The translations under genes were made by a program, and so were the position numbers. A stretch of 61,319 nt of DNA from Candidatus Adlerbacteria bacterium (GTDB lineage Bacteria > Patescibacteriota > Minisyncoccia > Phycocordibacterales > SBAW01). Of this stretch, positions 33,637 through 42,384 are shown one piece after another (position 1 is the stretch's first letter; each line of letters begins with the position of its first letter). The stretch is from assembly GCA_028286785.1 (NCBI GenBank), contig JAQBQX010000007.1:1-61319 (forward strand), read 5' to 3'. The notes beneath the pieces are model-generated. The model saw only the letters and a list, made by a program, of their open reading frames with translations. It had not been told where the DNA came from and ran no database searches.

Positions 33637-33652
33637 TAAGGGAACACTTATG
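33637..33652 (+). repeat. half box
   Basis: TAAGGGAACACTTATG fused to the following terminator. Confidence 0.55.
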
Positions 33653-33679
33653 CCGGCAGATTTCTGCCGGCCTTTTTTC
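33652..33679 (+). terminator. rho-independent terminator
   Basis: GCCGGCAGA / TT / TCTGCCGGC followed by CTTTTTT. Confidence 0.65.
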
Positions 33680-33779
33680 TTGCCTAGACTTCTCTATATA
33701 TGAGAGTAGTATTAAATCGAATGAGAGCCAACTTTTTGTACGATTTCAAAACGAAATAGAGAGCAAATCTAAAATTTCT

Positions 33780-34829
33780 ATGAAGAATTTAAGTGCACCT
33801 AAGGTAATTGATCTATTTTCCGGTTGCGGAGGTTTGTCCTTCGGGCTTGAAGAAGCTGGCTTTGATATTGTTTTTGCAATAGATAATTGGAAAGACGCAC
33901 TTGATACTCTTGCTTATAATCATAAAAAAACAAAAACCTACGTTGCCGATTTAGGTAAAGAGACGGCCGAACAAATTTGTAAAAAAATTGGTATAAAAAA
34001 AGGCGATATTGATGTTGTAGTAGGAGGTCCTCCTTGTCAGGGATTTTCAATTTCGGGGAAACGTAATCCAAACGATCCGAGAAACAGACTTTACAAGTCT
34101 TTTGTTGATTTTGTGAGTCTGCTTAAACCTAAAGTTTTTCTAATGGAGAATGTGCCCAATCTAGTGTCAATGCAAGAAGGAAAAATTAAAGATGAAATCA
34201 TTAAAGACTTTGAACGTGAAGGCTATAAGGTCAGTTGGAAAATAATGGATGCTAGCGAATATGGAGTACCTCAAAAAAGAAGGCGAGTGATTTTCATAGG
34301 TCTTAAAAACGGTGAAGAGTTTGTTTTTCCTAAATCAAAAAAAACTGTTACTGTAAATGCAAAGGACGCCGTCGGTGATTTGCCAGAGGAGACTGTACCT
34401 GAAGGACACCCATACCCTGAAGCACCTTCTTCTGATTATCAGAAACTTATGAGGAAAAAAACCAAAGGGATTTTTAACCACGTCGCGACCGTACACACCG
34501 AACAAACAAAAAAAATCATTAATATGGTTCCTGATGGTGCTAACTATAAGTCGTTGCCCAAGCATTTGCACTCAACTCGAAAAGTAAATATAGCCTGGAC
34601 AAGATTAAACAGTAAGAAGCCTAGCTATACAATGGATACGGGACATAATCATATTTTTCATTACCAATTCAATCGTGTTCCCACAGCAAGAGAAACTGCA
34701 CGTATCCAATCTTTTCCCGATACCTTTATTTTCTGTGGGGGAAAGACGAGTCAATTAAAACAGGTTGGCAATGCCGTCCCTCCCTTGCTTGCTAAAGAAT
34801 TAGGAAGAGAGTTAATTAAATACTTATAA
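33780..34829 (+). CDS. DNA (cytosine-5)-methyltransferase
   Basis: Motif I DLFSGCGG, motif IV GGPPCQGFS, motif VI ENV, motif VIII QKRRR, C-terminal GNAVPP. Confidence 0.92.
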   Translation: MKNLSAPKVIDLFSGCGGLSFGLEEAGFDIVFAIDNWKDALDTLAYNHKKTKTYVADLGKETAEQICKKIGIKKGDIDVVVGGPPCQGFSISGKRNPNDPRNRLYKSFVDFVSLLKPKVFLMENVPNLVSMQEGKIKDEIIKDFEREGYKVSWKIMDASEYGVPQKRRRVIFIGLKNGEEFVFPKSKKTVTVNAKDAVGDLPEETVPEGHPYPEAPSSDYQKLMRKKTKGIFNHVATVHTEQTKKIINMVPDGANYKSLPKHLHSTRKVNIAWTRLNSKKPSYTMDTGHNHIFHYQFNRVPTARETARIQSFPDTFIFCGGKTSQLKQVGNAVPPLLAKELGRELIKYL

Positions 34830-34836
34830 TATCTAT

Positions 34837-36240
34837 ATGTATAAAACACCGGATGAATATTTTTCAAGGCACGCTTTTCCTAGGGGTCGGATGCTTACGA
34901 AGATTGAAGATGATTTAACAATTTTTGTTCAACTTATCATCTCTCTATCTCATAATAAAAAAGCTAATTTTGAAAAGGAGTTTGACTCTCGGTATTCGGC
35001 ACTTCGCGCAGTTTCAGAAAAAACAATAAAAAATCATCGAACTGAAATGATGAGCCTGTTTGGTTTGATTAAAGAAACCGAGGACGGATTTATCGAAACA
35101 AGCGCTCGTGCTTTGTTACTAGTCGAAACTCAAAACTTCCAACTCTTTTTTAAGACTGTCTGTCATAGGTTTCAGTTTCCAAATGCTATAAATAAATCTC
35201 AAGAGACTATAAGACAACTTGAGCAAAATGTTAAGTTCAAGCCAGCATCTTTCATACTCCAACTTCTCAAAGAAGCTAACACTAAATATGGAGAGGGTTT
35301 TAAAATAACTGGAGCAGAAGTATCCAATTTGATTTTTAATGATCTTCGAGTTGTGGCGGGAGCAATATCACCAACTCAATTGCTAAACACCTTGGTAGAA
35401 CTAAGAAAACAAGAAGAACAGTTTGATGGCGACAGCAATCATGCTCAACATGGTAGAGAATTTTTAGGATACATGTTTCTAGCTGGCTTGGTGGATTCTG
35501 ATGATGCTCGCAGGACGTTTTTCTTGAACTTGAAAGAGCTTGGTGCAATAGATTTTATTATTTATTCTGATTTATTTTTTGAAATACCAAAAGAATATAC
35601 GAGCAGTGCTAAAGTTAGAAAAGAAACTCAACTTGACTGGGATATATGGTATGGCGACGTCAGCGACATTGAAATTAAAAAACTCTCCTCATCAGATGCA
35701 ACTCTTGAGTACATTGAAGAGAAAATAGCTACAATTTCCATGCCTGGTACAGTAGAAAAAAATGCCGGTGTCTCAGTGCCGGCAGGCTTTCATAAAAGAC
35801 AAATTGGAGATATTGGTGAGGGTGTAGCTTACAAATATGAAGTCGAGCAAATAAAAAAAATACGCCCTGACAAACTTGGCGTTGTTAAACTTGTTTCTAA
35901 CGATACGAGTCTCGGCTATGACATACAATCAGTCCAGCTCGAAGATGTAAATAAGAAAAAATTGATTGAAGTAAAAACAACAATTCGTACTTTCATGCCT
36001 GAAAGTGAAATCATAACCTTCTTTCCGATGAGCGCTAATGAATGGGAAACGGCAAAAAATTACGGTAATATGTACTTTATCTACCGTGTGTTTATAACTA
36101 AAGATAGTGCTCAGATATTTGTCATACAGAATCCTGTTGAACAGGAAAACGCAAAAAATATCATTATAGAGCCTCTGCAGTATAGGGTTCTTGTTAAACC
36201 ACAGGCCGGCACTTACCTTCCAGAGATAAAAATGCGATAA
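34837..36240 (+). CDS. putative restriction endonuclease (C-terminal DUF3883/PD-(D/E)xK-like domain)
   Basis: Sits between two m5C methyltransferase genes. C-terminal IGDIGEGVAYKYE...GYDIQS...LIEVKTT...SANEW...YFIYRV resembles the DUF3883 nuclease-like domain. Confidence 0.5.
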   Translation: MYKTPDEYFSRHAFPRGRMLTKIEDDLTIFVQLIISLSHNKKANFEKEFDSRYSALRAVSEKTIKNHRTEMMSLFGLIKETEDGFIETSARALLLVETQNFQLFFKTVCHRFQFPNAINKSQETIRQLEQNVKFKPASFILQLLKEANTKYGEGFKITGAEVSNLIFNDLRVVAGAISPTQLLNTLVELRKQEEQFDGDSNHAQHGREFLGYMFLAGLVDSDDARRTFFLNLKELGAIDFIIYSDLFFEIPKEYTSSAKVRKETQLDWDIWYGDVSDIEIKKLSSSDATLEYIEEKIATISMPGTVEKNAGVSVPAGFHKRQIGDIGEGVAYKYEVEQIKKIRPDKLGVVKLVSNDTSLGYDIQSVQLEDVNKKKLIEVKTTIRTFMPESEIITFFPMSANEWETAKNYGNMYFIYRVFITKDSAQIFVIQNPVEQENAKNIIIEPLQYRVLVKPQAGTYLPEIKMR

Positions 36241-36247
36241 TAGATGG

Positions 36248-37291
36248 ATGAAAGTTGCCTCAATGTTCTCCGGATGTGGAGGATCCGACCTGGGTTTAGT
36301 CGGAGGCTTTCATTTTTTGGGCAAAGAATATAAAAAACTACCATATGAGATCGTCTTTGCCTTGGACAATGATGCAAAAGCTGTTGATACTTATAACCGC
36401 AACTTTGATGTACCGGCAACACTCGCAGACATTGAAGATTTTGATATAAAAAAAATTCCAGACTTCGATGTTTTGATGGGAGGATTTCCTTGTCAGTCCT
36501 TCAGTACGGTTAATCCTACAAAAAACCCTTTTGATAAGCGAGGCAAGCTTTATAAAAGAATGTCTAAAATTTTAGATGAAAAAAAACCAAAGTACTTTAT
36601 CGCCGAGAATGTAAAGGGTTTGGTCATGTTGCAGGGGGGAAAGATTTTTGATGAAGTTATAAAGGATTTTGCAGCGCAGGGTTATGTTGTCAAATACAAA
36701 GTATTTAATGCTGCGGATTACGGTGTGCCTCAAAAAAGAGAACGAGTATTCATTATAGGAATAAGAAAGGATGTGGCTTTTAATTTTCAATTTCCTGAGC
36801 CAACAAATTCTCAATTTGGCACAGATAATAACAAATGGATTGGTCTGAAAAATGTCATAGACAGTCTGAAACCAAAAGATCCTAAATATTACTTTTCCAA
36901 AAAGGCAGTGGAAGGAATGAAGAAGGCAAAAAAAAACATGAAAAGGGGTCTTGCTCAGGATTTAGAAAACCCTTGCCTGACAATAACTTCACATTTAGCT
37001 AAAGTAAGCCTTAACTCAAGAGATCCTGTTCTATTGGTTGATAAGAAAAAAGAGTTATATAGACGCTTCTCACCTCTGGAAGCAGCAAGAATACAGTCTT
37101 TCCCTGATCAGTTTGAATTTCTTGGCTCAGATGCTTCAGCCTATAAACAGATCGGAAATGCTATACCTCCAGTATTGATGTGGCATATCGCAAATGCCCT
37201 ACAAATTCAAGCTAAAAAGGAAAATAAAGCATATGGCGGACATATTCTCCCCAAAAAGGCGAAGCGAAATAATGTCGCGTATCCGCTCTAA
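36248..37291 (+). CDS. DNA (cytosine-5)-methyltransferase (second copy, divergent)
   Basis: MFSGCGG, GGFPCQSFS, ENVKGL, PQKRERVF, GNAIPP. Confidence 0.9.
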   Translation: MKVASMFSGCGGSDLGLVGGFHFLGKEYKKLPYEIVFALDNDAKAVDTYNRNFDVPATLADIEDFDIKKIPDFDVLMGGFPCQSFSTVNPTKNPFDKRGKLYKRMSKILDEKKPKYFIAENVKGLVMLQGGKIFDEVIKDFAAQGYVVKYKVFNAADYGVPQKRERVFIIGIRKDVAFNFQFPEPTNSQFGTDNNKWIGLKNVIDSLKPKDPKYYFSKKAVEGMKKAKKNMKRGLAQDLENPCLTITSHLAKVSLNSRDPVLLVDKKKELYRRFSPLEAARIQSFPDQFEFLGSDASAYKQIGNAIPPVLMWHIANALQIQAKKENKAYGGHILPKKAKRNNVAYPL

Positions 37292-37640
37292 AAATACCAA
37301 AATAGAGACAAGGGTGTTTTCACGTCTGCGCAAGGATAAGGTTTATTTTCAGAAGCATTATAAAAAGGCGCCAGGTTCTCCTGATTTGGCTTGGCCTATG
37401 AAAAAGAGGGCGGTTTTTATAGATGGCGATTTTTGGCACGGATATCAATTTAATAAAATGAAAAAAAGGCTGCCCAATGCTTATTGGCTTGAGAAAATAG
37501 AGACGAATATAAAAAGGGATAGGCGCAATAGAAGAAAAATGATGTATTTGGGATGGAAGTACATTCGTATTTGGGAGCATGAAATAGAAAAAGATTTCGA
37601 ACTTGCGATTAAAAAAATTAAATTATTACTCAAAGATTAA
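37233..37640 (+). CDS. vsr: very short patch repair endonuclease
   Basis: SPKRRSEIMSRIRSKNTKIE...PDLAWPMKKRAVFIDGDFWHG...YIRIWEHE. Overlaps the 3' end of the second methyltransferase gene in another frame. Confidence 0.85.
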   Translation: MADIFSPKRRSEIMSRIRSKNTKIETRVFSRLRKDKVYFQKHYKKAPGSPDLAWPMKKRAVFIDGDFWHGYQFNKMKKRLPNAYWLEKIETNIKRDRRNRRKMMYLGWKYIRIWEHEIEKDFELAIKKIKLLLKD

Positions 37641-37791
37641 AATAGAAACTTTTCTTAGAGATTTTTTTGTAGGCATACTTCCCAATGCCAAGGTGGGGAA
37701 AGACACATTGACAAATATGGTGTAGTATGATATACTATATATAGAAGTTGTTAGGGGTAATTTTGCCCCAACTTCATCCTAGGGGGAACGC

Positions 37792-38379
37792 ATGTCAGCT
37801 CTGTCTACCAAAGAAGCTCGTTTTGGTCTCGCGCAGCTTTTGTCTCAGCCTGAGGGGTTTTCAAAATCCTATTGGGAGCATCGCGGGAAGCACTTCATAT
37901 CACTTGATGCTCACCCTTTTGAACTCGAGCATGTCCTCAAAAAAGGACGTCGCGAGAGTGAGATATATCTCGTCTACTGCCCAGGCGTCACGGACGGGTC
38001 TGTGAAAGGGATGCTTCTTGCATTGCACGAGGTGGTTCAGTTAGCGCAACAGGATGAATCTGACCAGCCCTTCAGGCTCAGAATTATCCGCGCACAGAAA
38101 TGTGCGGACTGGAACAACCCCGACAAGTTTGTGCACACGATCTTCTTCGAAGTCGTCAGCCCGTTGGGTACTTACATTGCTGGCGGCTGCACCGACTGCA
38201 GTGGAGGAGGTGGTTGGGGTCGTCATCAGCTTGAATCGACCTTCAATGTTGTGGCTGCAGTCTGCGGGATCCCGGTCGAGGAAGTCATTATTTCTCAGAA
38301 CCGCTCCGAAGGATTCATAGACGCACTGAATGACGTCTACAATGCACACACTGAAGCCAAACGTATGGCTGATGCATGA
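37792..38379 (+). CDS. hypothetical protein
   Basis: 195-aa ORF with SD AGGGGGAA and a following terminator. Contains a CTDCSGGGGWG segment. Confidence 0.5.
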   Translation: MSALSTKEARFGLAQLLSQPEGFSKSYWEHRGKHFISLDAHPFELEHVLKKGRRESEIYLVYCPGVTDGSVKGMLLALHEVVQLAQQDESDQPFRLRIIRAQKCADWNNPDKFVHTIFFEVVSPLGTYIAGGCTDCSGGGGWGRHQLESTFNVVAAVCGIPVEEVIISQNRSEGFIDALNDVYNAHTEAKRMADA

Positions 38380-38386
38380 ACACTCA

Positions 38387-38417
38387 AGCCGTCGATCGAA
38401 AGATCGGCGGCTTTTTT
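38387..38417 (+). terminator. rho-independent terminator
   Basis: GCCGTCGATC / GAAA / GATCGGCGGC followed by TTTTTT. Confidence 0.7.
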
Positions 38418-38440
38418 CTTTTGGGGTATATACTTAACCC

Positions 38441-38719
38441 ATGTATGAACATCATATTGGGGCGGGGGTAGGGAATATGGGCTGGGGGATGGAACCATTC
38501 TTTTGGGGTGCCATTGTCGGCCCGATACTTATTATTGCTATTTTGTGGACAGTCGTGTGGAAGGGTTTGGCGCTGTGGCACTCGGCACGCCGCGGGGAAC
38601 CGGTCTGGTTTCTGGTTTTGCTGCTGGTGAACACGCTCGGCATTGTCGAAATTGTGTATCTCTTTGGCGTAGCCAAGCTCAAGTTCAAAGACCTCTTTAG
38701 TAAACACGTGCATCACTAG
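38441..38719 (+). CDS. small two-TM membrane protein (DUF5652-like)
   Basis: WKGLALWHSARRGEPVWFLVLLLVNTLGIVEIVYLF pattern. Confidence 0.45.
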   Translation: MYEHHIGAGVGNMGWGMEPFFWGAIVGPILIIAILWTVVWKGLALWHSARRGEPVWFLVLLLVNTLGIVEIVYLFGVAKLKFKDLFSKHVHH

Positions 38720-38735
38720 TAGTTTCCGGCGCAAA

Positions 38736-38765
38736 CAAAAAGCCCCCACTCGGGGGCTTTTTGTT
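38736..38765. terminator. bidirectional terminator
   Basis: A-run, AGCCCCC / ACTC / GGGGGCT, T-run. Confidence 0.7.
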
Positions 38766-38782
38766 TGTTGCTTAATTTCTGC

Positions 38783-39331
38783 TTAGTTGTCCTTGCTGCC
38801 ACCAAAACCGAAGTTGAGGTGAGAGAAGAGACCGAAGCCTTTGCCCTTACCTTTGCCATCTTCGTTATGCTTGTTGCCCTTGTCGTCGTTCTTGTCATCA
38901 TCCTTGTGAACCTTGGTTGATGTCGATACTTTTGAAGTATCGCGAACCTTGCTTGCTGAAACAGTGTTAGTACTGGTTGCAGTAACGGTACCTGCAAAGT
39001 TGATCTTGTCGCCAACTGCGATAGTTGCGGCAGTAGTGCTTGTTGCACCGTTTGAACCGATATGAACATTAGACTTGGTAGTTGCCGAAGTGTTTACCAC
39101 CCAGTTCACGACAGTGTTACCGACGGTTACTGCTGCGTTAACCATGTTGCCTGTCACTGCGGTCACATTGGCGCCAAAGACGGCCACCATGCCGCTCGCG
39201 TTAGTAAAGATACCTGTAGAAGCTGATGCGTTTGCGCCATGAGCTGATGCTGCCAAAGGCATAACTGCGAGAGCGCCCGTAAGAAGTACTGCGCCTACTG
39301 ATTTTGTAAGGGTTTTTGTGAAGTTTGTCAT
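38783..39331 (-). CDS. hypothetical secreted protein with Lys/Asp/Gly-rich tail
   Basis: Signal peptide ...LTGALAVMPLAASAHG. C-terminal HKDDDKNDDKGNKHNEDGKGKGKGFG. Confidence 0.55.
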   Translation of the reverse strand: MTNFTKTLTKSVGAVLLTGALAVMPLAASAHGANASASTGIFTNASGMVAVFGANVTAVTGNMVNAAVTVGNTVVNWVVNTSATTKSNVHIGSNGATSTTAATIAVGDKINFAGTVTATSTNTVSASKVRDTSKVSTSTKVHKDDDKNDDKGNKHNEDGKGKGKGFGLFSHLNFGFGGSKDN

Positions 39332-39551
39332 AAGTATCTATTTATATATAGCTCCTGCAAGGGCGAAGCCTTGCCCCTACTATGACGAAGCTACTGCAGA
39401 GCTCTTACCTTCCAAAATGCTCTGGATGTGTCGTAATGCAAAGTGAAGAAATAAACGTAGGGCGGAGGTTGTAGTAATAGGCGAGGGCAAGCAAGAGTGG
39501 TGTACACATTCTGAATTGCTCAGACATTAATCAAATGACATTACAACAACT

Positions 39552-40241
39552 ATGAAAACAGCAGCACTTAAAGAAACAGCCTCAAAGTACGCAGTCGCAG
39601 CATTAATGGTAGCAGGGCTCAGCGCGGGCATGATCGGTGTTGCAAGCGCGCAGACCGCCACCACACCGGCTGGCACAACTGCAGCTGCGTCACAATGGGC
39701 GCACGACAAAGCGCCGGGCGTTATGGGCAAGGTGACCGCGGTCACTGGCAACACCCTTACTGTGACCGACCAGCGCAGCGGCACCAGCTACACGGTTGAC
39801 GCGTCGGCGGCCACCATCAAGAAAGGCGGCGCAGCAGGGGTCGCTCCGACCACTGCAACTGTCGCTGACATCGCTGTCGGGGACATGGTCCGCGCACAGG
39901 GCACCGTAAGCGGCACGACAGTCACAGCGACTGAAGTTATGGATGGTCTGATGATGGGCGGCGGCAAGGGCGGCTTTGGCGGCGAACACCGTGGCCCTGG
40001 AGTTATGGGCACTATCTCGGCAATTTCCGGCAACACCGTCACTGTTACCAAAACTGACGGCACAACATACACAGTAGATGCTTCCGCAGCGACAGTCTCA
40101 AAGACAGTCACCGCTTCGGTCTCTGATCTTAAAGTGGGCGACACCATCGGCGCGCAGGGTACTCTAACCGGCACCTCTGTTGCGGCGACCCATATCATGA
40201 GCGGCATGCCAGCGCACATGGCTCCAACCACAACGCAATAA
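39552..40241 (+). CDS. secreted protein with two internal repeats (DUF5666-like)
   Basis: Signal peptide ...MIGVASAQT. Repeated blocks GVMGKVTAVTGNTLTVTDQRSGTSYTVDASAATI and GVMGTISAISGNTVTVTKTDGTTYTVDASAATV. Confidence 0.6.
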   Translation: MKTAALKETASKYAVAALMVAGLSAGMIGVASAQTATTPAGTTAAASQWAHDKAPGVMGKVTAVTGNTLTVTDQRSGTSYTVDASAATIKKGGAAGVAPTTATVADIAVGDMVRAQGTVSGTTVTATEVMDGLMMGGGKGGFGGEHRGPGVMGTISAISGNTVTVTKTDGTTYTVDASAATVSKTVTASVSDLKVGDTIGAQGTLTGTSVAATHIMSGMPAHMAPTTTQ

Positions 40242-40370
40242 CAACTACATATATAACCCGGGTTATGAGACCGGCTACGCACAAGACCCCTCCCGTGGGT
40301 CTTGTGCCGTTTGTCCAAGGGGCCTGAAATAAAAGTGAGCCGAAAGTTGTAGTATAGAGTAGTGCCATCT

Positions 40371-40943
40371 ATGGACTATCGCGCCGTACCAGATGAACAA
40401 TTGGCTGCACAGCTGCAAGCAGGAGACAAAGAGGTCTTCGGGACCTTTGTGGAGCGTTACGAAGCAAAGCTATTGCGCTATGGTACCAAGTTTTTAAGCC
40501 GTACCGAGGATATCGAAGATATCGTGCAAGAGGTGTTCGTTAGTGCGTATCAGAATATCCAGAGCTTTGATACCTCGCAAAAGTTTTCGCCGTGGCTGTA
40601 CCGCATTGCGCACAATGCGTACGTCAATGCGCTGAAGAAGAATTCGCGCCTGCCCAGGGTGATGTTCGATTTTGACACGCTGCTGAGCCATCAGGCCTAC
40701 GAAGACCCCGCTGCGGCAGAGCGCGACCGAGCCGACATGCGCGTTATTGTCGACAAAGGTTTAGAGCAGCTGGCGCCAAAATATCGCGAAGTCGTGGTGC
40801 TGTACTATCTAGAAGAGCTCGACTACAAAGAAATTGCCGAGGTGCTCCAAGTCCCGACCGGGACAGTGGGTGTCCGGTTGCGGCGGGCAAAAGAGGCACT
40901 GCAGGCAGCGTACGACAAACTGAACATCACGTATGGAGAATAA
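40371..40943 (+). CDS. ECF-type RNA polymerase sigma factor (second copy)
   Basis: DIVQEVFVSAYQNIQSF...WLYRIAHNAYVNALKK and YYLEELDYKEIAEVLQVPTGTVGVRLRRAKEAL. ATG 40371 preferred over GTG 40362. Confidence 0.85.
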   Translation: MDYRAVPDEQLAAQLQAGDKEVFGTFVERYEAKLLRYGTKFLSRTEDIEDIVQEVFVSAYQNIQSFDTSQKFSPWLYRIAHNAYVNALKKNSRLPRVMFDFDTLLSHQAYEDPAAAERDRADMRVIVDKGLEQLAPKYREVVVLYYLEELDYKEIAEVLQVPTGTVGVRLRRAKEALQAAYDKLNITYGE

Positions 40944-41661
40944 ACATAACAACATCAAAGACGCAGTGCTCGCCCGCATTAACACCGGCGAGATTTCGAT
41001 GCGTCCGCACGTGTACTTTACATTGCGTCTGTGCGCCCTGGCCTGCGTGGCATTGTTGGTGCTTGCCGTTTCTATCGTGATATTTAATTTTATATTGTTT
41101 AGCGTCCACGCTAGCGGACGCGAAAATTTGCTGATGTTTGGTCCGCGCGGGTTCGCGTCATTTATACAGTTTTTCCCGTGGTGGCTCCTGCTTATCGATG
41201 CACTGCTTGTTGCGGGCCTGCAGTACCTGGTGCGGACATTCCAGTTTGGATATCGCATACCTCTGCTGTACATGCTTGCCGGGCTGCTGGTGTTAACGGT
41301 CGGCCTCGGGCTTTTTGTTGATAAGGTGACGCCGCTTAATGACCTGCTTGAAGTGCAGGCGCATGGCGGACACTTGCCGCCCGGGGTGGGAAACTTTTTT
41401 GACCATGCGCGTCGGCCGCCGCGGCCGGAGGAGGGCGTGTGCCGCTGCACAGTAGTGTCGATTGCAGGCAACACTATCGTGGCCGAAGACCATAACTTTG
41501 GTACGACCACGCTTGTGACTATTGTCTTGCCGCCGAACGAAGCGCAAGCAACCACCTCGGGCTTGCGTGTCGGAGACAATATATTTGTTGTCGGCGATGA
41601 AGATGGTGGAGTGATACACGCCTTTGGCGTGCGCCGTGATGATATTGGAAACAAGAGATAG
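40933..41661 (+). CDS. putative membrane anti-sigma-like protein
   Basis: Overlaps the sigma gene by 11 nt. Several TM helices. Role inferred from context only. Confidence 0.4.
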   Translation: MENKHNNIKDAVLARINTGEISMRPHVYFTLRLCALACVALLVLAVSIVIFNFILFSVHASGRENLLMFGPRGFASFIQFFPWWLLLIDALLVAGLQYLVRTFQFGYRIPLLYMLAGLLVLTVGLGLFVDKVTPLNDLLEVQAHGGHLPPGVGNFFDHARRPPRPEEGVCRCTVVSIAGNTIVAEDHNFGTTTLVTIVLPPNEAQATTSGLRVGDNIFVVGDEDGGVIHAFGVRRDDIGNKR

Positions 41662-41679
41662 AAAGCGTATACTCTTTAG

Positions 41680-42384
41680 ATGAATCACGACGAACAGCAT
41701 AGCGCTACCAACACAAACTCTACACAAAACTGGCTGCGCGCGGCTGTGCTTGGCGCTAACGACGGCGTTGTTTCGGTAGCGTCTATTGTGGTGGGCGTTG
41801 CTGCTGCAACCGACAACCCAGGCTTTATTTTGACAGCCGGCACTGCGGGCTTGGTGGCGGGCGCACTTTCGATGGCGGTGGGCGAATATGTATCGGTCAG
41901 TACTCAGCGCGATACCGAAAAGGCCTTGCTTGAAAAAGAGCGCTATGAACTTGAGCATATGCCGGAGCAAGAGCTAGCCGAACTGGCCGCGATCTATGAA
42001 GGAAAAGGGCTGTCGCACGAAACTGCACAAAAGGTTGCGCAAGAGCTGACCGACCATGATGCGTTTGCCGCGCACGTCGAGGCAGAACTCAAGATCGACC
42101 CCGATGATCTTACTAACCCATGGCATGCAGCATATGCGTCTGCTGCTGCGTTTTTCTCGGGCGCGATTATCCCGCTTGTCGCTATCGTGCTCCCGCCTGC
42201 AGGGTGGCGCATCCCGGTGACATTTGCCGCGGTCTTGGTGGTATTGATTGTGACTGGAGTGCTCAGTGCGCATGTGGGCGGTGCTAATAAAACAAAAGCC
42301 ACCATGCGTGTGGTGGCCGGCGGCATCATTGCCATGATTGTCACATTCGGTATCGGAAAGATTTTTGGCGTAGTCGGTATCTAG
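41680..42384 (+). CDS. VIT1/CCC1 family iron/manganese transporter
   Basis: NWLRAAVLGANDGVVSVASIVVGVAAA, GALSMAVGEYVSVSTQRD and C-terminal TM helices. Confidence 0.8.
   Translation: MNHDEQHSATNTNSTQNWLRAAVLGANDGVVSVASIVVGVAAATDNPGFILTAGTAGLVAGALSMAVGEYVSVSTQRDTEKALLEKERYELEHMPEQELAELAAIYEGKGLSHETAQKVAQELTDHDAFAAHVEAELKIDPDDLTNPWHAAYASAAAFFSGAIIPLVAIVLPPAGWRIPVTFAAVLVVLIVTGVLSAHVGGANKTKATMRVVAGGIIAMIVTFGIGKIFGVVGI

Larger units (their letters stand above)
33690..37745. mobile_element. AT-rich restriction-modification island (probable horizontal acquisition)
   Basis: Abrupt shift to visibly AT-rich, A/T-run-rich sequence and Lys/Asn/Ile-rich proteins compared with both flanks. It holds four co-oriented R-M genes. 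No integrase or terminal repeats were seen. Confidence 0.55.
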
